The position numbers and the translations under genes are program-made. Under the pieces are notes generated by a model, which did no database searches, was not told where the DNA came from, and saw only the letters and a program-made list of their open reading frames with translations. From Bacteriovoracaceae bacterium (GTDB lineage Bacteria; Bdellovibrionota; Bacteriovoracia; Bacteriovoracales; Bacteriovoracaceae): a DNA stretch of 11,833 nucleotides. The stretch lies in the NCBI GenBank assembly GCA_049599895.1, contig JBMYPC010000096.1:1-11833 (forward strand). The letters run 5' to 3'. How positions within the stretch are numbered: position 1 is the first letter of the stretch; every line of letters begins with the position of its first letter. Below are positions 7,804 through 11,833 of the stretch, piece after piece.

Positions 7804-8733
7804 TTAGGCCTTTAAAAGAAGCTCATCGTATTGAGTCTGAAACTCATGAGGTGTAAGAGTTACAAAGTCTTTAAGGACTTTTGCTTCAAAATTAAGAACT
7901 TCTCTTGAAAGATGATTATAAACTCCAGCAACGTGGGAAGAAACAGAAAGATTATTAAGTTCTTGTACAGTCTTTTGAAGATCTTCTGAAGGGGGCTCTT
8001 CTTTTAAAACGTCGAGGTAGGCAAAGACTTGGGGATTCTTTTTCAAAAAGTTAAGAAGCTTTTCTTGATTGATGACCTTGCCCCGTGAAGCATTGATGAG
8101 GCAGCCTTGAGGGTTAATTTTTGAAAGGATTTCATTTGAAATAAATTCAGAGGTGGTAGGATTTAAGTCGGTACAAAGAATGACGGCATCCACATGACCC
8201 TTAAGTTCTACTGAGGGAATTTCACTCTCTCTGTAGGGATCAGTAGCGCTGACTTCAACTCCAAGAGATTTTAAAAAGTGATAAGTTTTGCTTCCAATAA
8301 GACCCATTCCATAGATATGCGCTTTAAGCGTATTTAAGCATTTTCGATGAGGCCAACTTCTTTGACGGTCCCATGAACTTAAAAAAGGAATATTGATAAA
8401 ATGTTGGATAAAAGCTCCGAGATTGTATTCGGCTACGGCTTGGGCACGGATACTGTTTCCTTTAATAAAATGGCCCTTAAAACCTTTATAAAAAATTTCA
8501 GGAGGGAAGTTGTCATGGCCAGAATTGGGATGAATGATGAGTTTTAGGTTTTTGAGATAACTTTCGGGGGCTTCTGTCCACTTTGTCTGGCTCGAAGAGA
8601 GAACGACCTGAGCATCAAGATGAAACTCTTGATCGTAGAGATATTTTAGACTGACTGACTGCGCAATGCGCTTTTCTTTCTCGATGAGAGAATTAGGGTA
8701 GTATGATGAAAGATGAAGTCTTTGGACAAGCAT
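7804..8733 (-). CDS. D-isomer-specific 2-hydroxyacid dehydrogenase family protein
   Basis: AQAVAEY, Rossmann GMGLIG with a downstream acidic residue (ATDPY, consistent with NAD(H)), INASRG, LDVLKEEP and SHVAG (Arg/Glu/His triad). Confidence 0.9.
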   Translation of the reverse strand: MLVQRLHLSSYYPNSLIEKEKRIAQSVSLKYLYDQEFHLDAQVVLSSSQTKWTEAPESYLKNLKLIIHPNSGHDNFPPEIFYKGFKGHFIKGNSIRAQAVAEYNLGAFIQHFINIPFLSSWDRQRSWPHRKCLNTLKAHIYGMGLIGSKTYHFLKSLGVEVSATDPYRESEIPSVELKGHVDAVILCTDLNPTTSEFISNEILSKINPQGCLINASRGKVINQEKLLNFLKKNPQVFAYLDVLKEEPPSEDLQKTVQELNNLSVSSHVAGVYNHLSREVLNFEAKVLKDFVTLTPHEFQTQYDELLLKA

Positions 8734-8769
8734 GGAGATAGTTTAATGTTTCTTGAGATATCTTGTCGA
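8734..8769 (-). promoter_or_regulatory. Putative sigma70 promoter giving a leaderless dehydrogenase mRNA
   Basis: Minus strand TCGACA (8769-8764), 18 nt, TAAACT (8745-8740), 6 nt, ATG. No Shine-Dalgarno motif (upstream bases are ATCTCC). Confidence 0.5.
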
Positions 8770-8782
8770 TGTCGATGTCGAT
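8764..8782. repeat. Short tandem repeat (TGTCGA)x3 plus T
   Basis: tgtcga tgtcga tgtcga t read directly in the divergent intergenic region. Confidence 0.85.
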
Positions 8783-8849
8783 AGCCCGATAATCTTGAGT
8801 AAATGATGACATCATGCTAAATATGATGACCTAAAAAAGGCGAAATATC

Positions 8850-9626
8850 ATGATTTCTATTAAATCAAAAAGAGAAATTGAACTTATGCGTAAAACAGCG
8901 CGACTGGCTGCGAGCACGCTTGAATATATTGAACAATTTATTAAGCCTGGAGTTTCAACTCTTGAGCTTAATGACATCTGCCACGAGTACATTCTTAAGC
9001 ATGATGCTTATCCATCGTGTCTGAATTACCACGGGTTTCCAAAGTCTGTTTGTACTTCGCTTAACGATGTGATCTGTCATGGCATCCCATCCGAAAAAGA
9101 TGTTCTCAAAGACGGTGATATTCTCAATATCGACGTCACGACATTTTTAGGGGGATTTCATGGAGATACCAATAAAACTTATTTTGTTGGTGAAGTTGCT
9201 CCTGAAGTTAAAAAACTTGTCGAAGTCACTTATGAATGTATGAAAGAAGGGATCCGTACTGTGAAGCCAGGATCGCATATTGGTGATATTGGTGCCGTTA
9301 TTCAAGAGATCGCTTATGATCATGGCTATTCTGTTGTGGAAGAATATTGTGGCCATGGAATTGGAAGAGAATTCCACGAGGCCCCACAAGTGGTTCATGT
9401 GGGAAAAAAAGGAACTGGTGAAGAAGTAAAGCCCGGTATGACTTTTACCATTGAGCCGATGATCAATCTGGGAACTCGACACTGTCAACTTTTAAGTGAT
9501 AACTGGACTGTCATTACTAAAGATGGAAAGTTTTCAGCTCAATTTGAGCATACTATTTTAGTAACAGACTCGGGTCGAGAGGTTCTCACCCTTAGGGAAT
9601 CAGAGTCTGCATCTGACTTTCAATGA
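8850..9626 (+). CDS. map: Type I methionine aminopeptidase
   Basis: SVCTSLNDVICHGIP, NIDVT, FHGDT, GHGIG, FHEAP, TIEPMI, SAQFEHT (all five metal ligands). AAGG upstream of the start. Confidence 0.98.
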   Translation: MISIKSKREIELMRKTARLAASTLEYIEQFIKPGVSTLELNDICHEYILKHDAYPSCLNYHGFPKSVCTSLNDVICHGIPSEKDVLKDGDILNIDVTTFLGGFHGDTNKTYFVGEVAPEVKKLVEVTYECMKEGIRTVKPGSHIGDIGAVIQEIAYDHGYSVVEEYCGHGIGREFHEAPQVVHVGKKGTGEEVKPGMTFTIEPMINLGTRHCQLLSDNWTVITKDGKFSAQFEHTILVTDSGREVLTLRESESASDFQ

Positions 9627-10372
9627 ATATGTTTTTCTCTCCCGTTTTTACTTTTAAAGATTCTAGAACTTTAAGGCTTGGTCTTGATCTTGATTCAAAA
9701 GAGAGGATGCTCTCTTTTACTATTAAAACAGAGGAGCAGAACTGGCCTTTAAGAGATCATTTTGAAGCTTATTTGAACTCTCGAATGAAAGATCATTACG
9801 TTGAGATCCTCAAAGAGTATTACTTAGAAAGTGGTGATCGTGAGCAAAGTGAATTTAAGCTCTTTCTCTATTACTTTTTACAGTCCATTGATCAAGAGGA
9901 GTTTAAAAGCATTGAAAGTCAGGACAAGGGTCTTTGTCGTTGCTTTAATATCTCGGAAGAATATCTTCAAAAGCTTACAGATTCGGGGAAGGCCAATAAA
10001 CTTGATGATTGGAAGTCTTTAACCAGAGCAAGTTATGGATGTGGGAGCTGTTCTAAAGACTTAGAGGCATTCTGGCAAAAAAACCTTGATCGTTCATCAC
10101 TTAAAGAGCAGGGGATCAACTCGTTTAAAAAAGAAAAGTTTGATGAGCTTGGAAAATGGATAAGCCCGAAGGGAATGCTGCCGTGGGACTTTTATCTTTT
10201 TATGGATAAAGAGCTTCAAAAGTTTAATCAAAAGCATAATAGTCTTTGTCAGTTGAGAAAGATCAAAGGATATGAAGTTCAATTAGATGGTGATTTCAGT
10301 CGCGATACTTTGATTCAGTTAGAAAAATATTTTCTTGATCATCATGACCTCAGACTATTTTTTCTTTCGTGA
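9623..10372 (+). CDS. Protein with a central BFD-like [2Fe-2S]-binding domain
   Basis: C-x-C-x32-C-x2-C (LCRCFNIS…TRASYGCGSC, nt 9935-10051). ATGA overlap with the map stop. Confidence 0.85.
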   Translation: MNMFFSPVFTFKDSRTLRLGLDLDSKERMLSFTIKTEEQNWPLRDHFEAYLNSRMKDHYVEILKEYYLESGDREQSEFKLFLYYFLQSIDQEEFKSIESQDKGLCRCFNISEEYLQKLTDSGKANKLDDWKSLTRASYGCGSCSKDLEAFWQKNLDRSSLKEQGINSFKKEKFDELGKWISPKGMLPWDFYLFMDKELQKFNQKHNSLCQLRKIKGYEVQLDGDFSRDTLIQLEKYFLDHHDLRLFFLS

Positions 10373-11044
10373 GTCTTTTGCTTTTTTTAGTTGTTTGGCC
10401 TGACGTTCACAAACTCGGTAGAGACTTTCAATATTAGTAAGAGAATCAAAAATATTAGCGATGATTTCTTGGTTCTTTAAAACTTCTTGTGCCTTAAATT
10501 CTGTTTGCAGGTAATAATAACGTTTCTTGAGCTCAGAATAGCCTTTTAAGTTTCTCTCAAGACAATGGGCATCTGGAGCAGAAGCCTGGATATTTGAGAG
10601 AAAATCAAAGAATCTTAGTGATGCGCGGTTGATAAATTCGCTGAGTTGCGCCTTTTTAAATTCCACCATTGTATCCAGAGCATTTTTTGGTCTTGGAATC
10701 ACAAAGAGAGACTTTCCTTTAAGCATCATTGATCTTAAAAAACTCATTGATGGCGGAAACTTTGGATGAGAGCAAATTTCCTTTAAGTACTCTGATTTTA
10801 CTTCAAGATCACTATTTGAACTTAGAGCATTAATAAACTTTTGATTTAGGTGGTAGAGGGGATGTCTCGCCTTGGTTTTGTGATAGCGAGTCTCTTCTCT
10901 AGCGAGGCATCTTAGAAGCTCATTTCTTTTAGCTTCAACTACAGGGGAAAAGCAGACAAAATTGATGATGAAAAAACTCAAGAAAAGGAGTTTATAATGC
11001 TCCGTGTTTTTTATCAATTTGTTAAGAATTAACGCTATTTGCAC
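10355..11044 (-). CDS. Hypothetical secreted protein (GTG start, exact start uncertain)
   Basis: 229-codon ORF filling the gap between genes. Hydrophobic stretch LLFLSFFIINFVCFSP followed by a VEA|K signal peptidase-like site. Four Cys in the mature part. Confidence 0.75.
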   Translation of the reverse strand: MQIALILNKLIKNTEHYKLLFLSFFIINFVCFSPVVEAKRNELLRCLAREETRYHKTKARHPLYHLNQKFINALSSNSDLEVKSEYLKEICSHPKFPPSMSFLRSMMLKGKSLFVIPRPKNALDTMVEFKKAQLSEFINRASLRFFDFLSNIQASAPDAHCLERNLKGYSELKKRYYYLQTEFKAQEVLKNQEIIANIFDSLTNIESLYRVCERQAKQLKKAKDSRKKK

Positions 11045-11082
11045 TTATTTTTTGCCTAGTAATGAAACAATTAGGTAAATTA

Positions 11083-11091
11083 ATTCTAACA
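11083..11091 (-). promoter_or_regulatory. Putative extended -10 element for the secreted protein gene
   Basis: Minus strand TG-T-TAGAAT, about 38 nt upstream of the GTG. The region is AT-rich, so a chance match is possible. Confidence 0.35.
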
Positions 11092-11122
11092 TGAATTTTG
11101 AGAAATCCTAAGGGAAAGTCAA

Positions 11123-11833
11123 TTGAAGGAAATGTCATTAATTGAGCATCTAACAGAGCTAAGAACCATGGTGGTTCGAGTGGTCATCACTTTGGCCGTC
11201 TCTTTTATGCTTTGCTATTCCTTAGGCGAACACCTTATTAATTTCTTATTAGTTCCTTTAAGAGATTCTCTTGGGGCAGCAGTTGAAGGACAGATTGTTT
11301 ATCTTGGCTTACTCGATAAAGTCTTAACTCAATTTCAACTGGCCTTTTTTGCTTCAGTTATTTTCGCATCACCTGTTTGGTTTGTTTTTCTTTGGAGATT
11401 TATAAAGCCAGGGCTGTATGAGCATGAAGTGAAGGCGGTAAGACCTTTTATTTTAGTGGGCTTTCTTCTTTTTCTTCTTGGTGTGGCGTTTGGCTATTAT
11501 ATTGTTTTCCCTCTCACATTTGAAACACTTTTAAACTTTGGTGTTCAAGATATTAAAGCAACAATTGGGCTTAAAGATTATGTTCTTTTGGCTTCAAAAG
11601 TTTTGGTCTTTTTAGGCTTTGCATTTCAATTACCCAACCTTCTTTTGATTCTTGGGTTTATGGGACTAGTTACGAAGCAGTCTTTAAGAGGCATGAGACG
11701 CTATGTCTATGTGGGACTTGCGGTTTTTTCAGCAATGCTCACCCCTCCGGACGTTTTGACTATGATGGGTCTATGGGTTCCTATGGCAATCCTGTTTGAA
11801 TGCGGGATTTTAGCTGTGGCCATTATCGTGCAT
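11123..11833 (+). CDS. tatC: Twin-arginine translocase subunit TatC (truncated by the window edge; missing from the ORF track)
   Basis: My translation: (M)KEMSLIEHLTELR…SPVWFVFLWRFIKPGLYEHE…FGYYIVFP…GFAFQLP…MRRYVYV…SAMLTPPDVLTM…LFECGI. TTG 11123 has TAAGGGA upstream; ATG 11132 is the alternative start. Confidence 0.97.
   Translation, partial: MKEMSLIEHLTELRTMVVRVVITLAVSFMLCYSLGEHLINFLLVPLRDSLGAAVEGQIVYLGLLDKVLTQFQLAFFASVIFASPVWFVFLWRFIKPGLYEHEVKAVRPFILVGFLLFLLGVAFGYYIVFPLTFETLLNFGVQDIKATIGLKDYVLLASKVLVFLGFAFQLPNLLLILGFMGLVTKQSLRGMRRYVYVGLAVFSAMLTPPDVLTMMGLWVPMAILFECGILAVAIIVH

Noticed and set aside
6700..8733. Gene symbols speB/rocF and serA/pdxB
   Set aside because: Family membership is clear, but specificity residues diverge, so I did not assign symbols.
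9147..10282. Short ORFs 9147-9488, 9831-10022 and 10097-10282
   Set aside because: Shadows of map and the BFD-like gene.
11091..11111. Mini-ORF MNFEKS* upstream of tatC as a leader peptide or frameshifted N-terminus
   Set aside because: It has six codons and no ribosome-binding site, and TatC is already complete from TTG 11123. Expected by chance.

Overview
An AT-rich, gene-dense bacterial chromosomal segment. The gene mix and style suggest a Bdellovibrionota / Bacteriovoracaceae-like organism, which is my inference and not shown by the sequence. Left to right: the possible 3' end of a + strand gene; a minus-strand unit of tRNA-Leu(TAA), a Tat-exported family-1 solute-binding protein and a membrane sensor histidine kinase (no ABC permease/ATPase or response regulator in view); a + strand pair of a Cys-rich lipoprotein of unknown function and an astacin (M12A) metalloprotease; a minus-strand run of a D-2-hydroxyacid dehydrogenase, a ureohydrolase and aat (Leu/Phe-tRNA-protein transferase); map overlapping a BFD-like [2Fe-2S] protein gene; a secreted hypothetical protein; and tatC, which runs off the right edge. 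I see no mobile element, CRISPR array or defence system. The best leads are the transporter-less binding protein/kinase pair, a ureohydrolase lacking the usual active-site His, a possibly degenerate NifU-like protein, and two apparent leaderless promoters. None is established as a new system from sequence alone.
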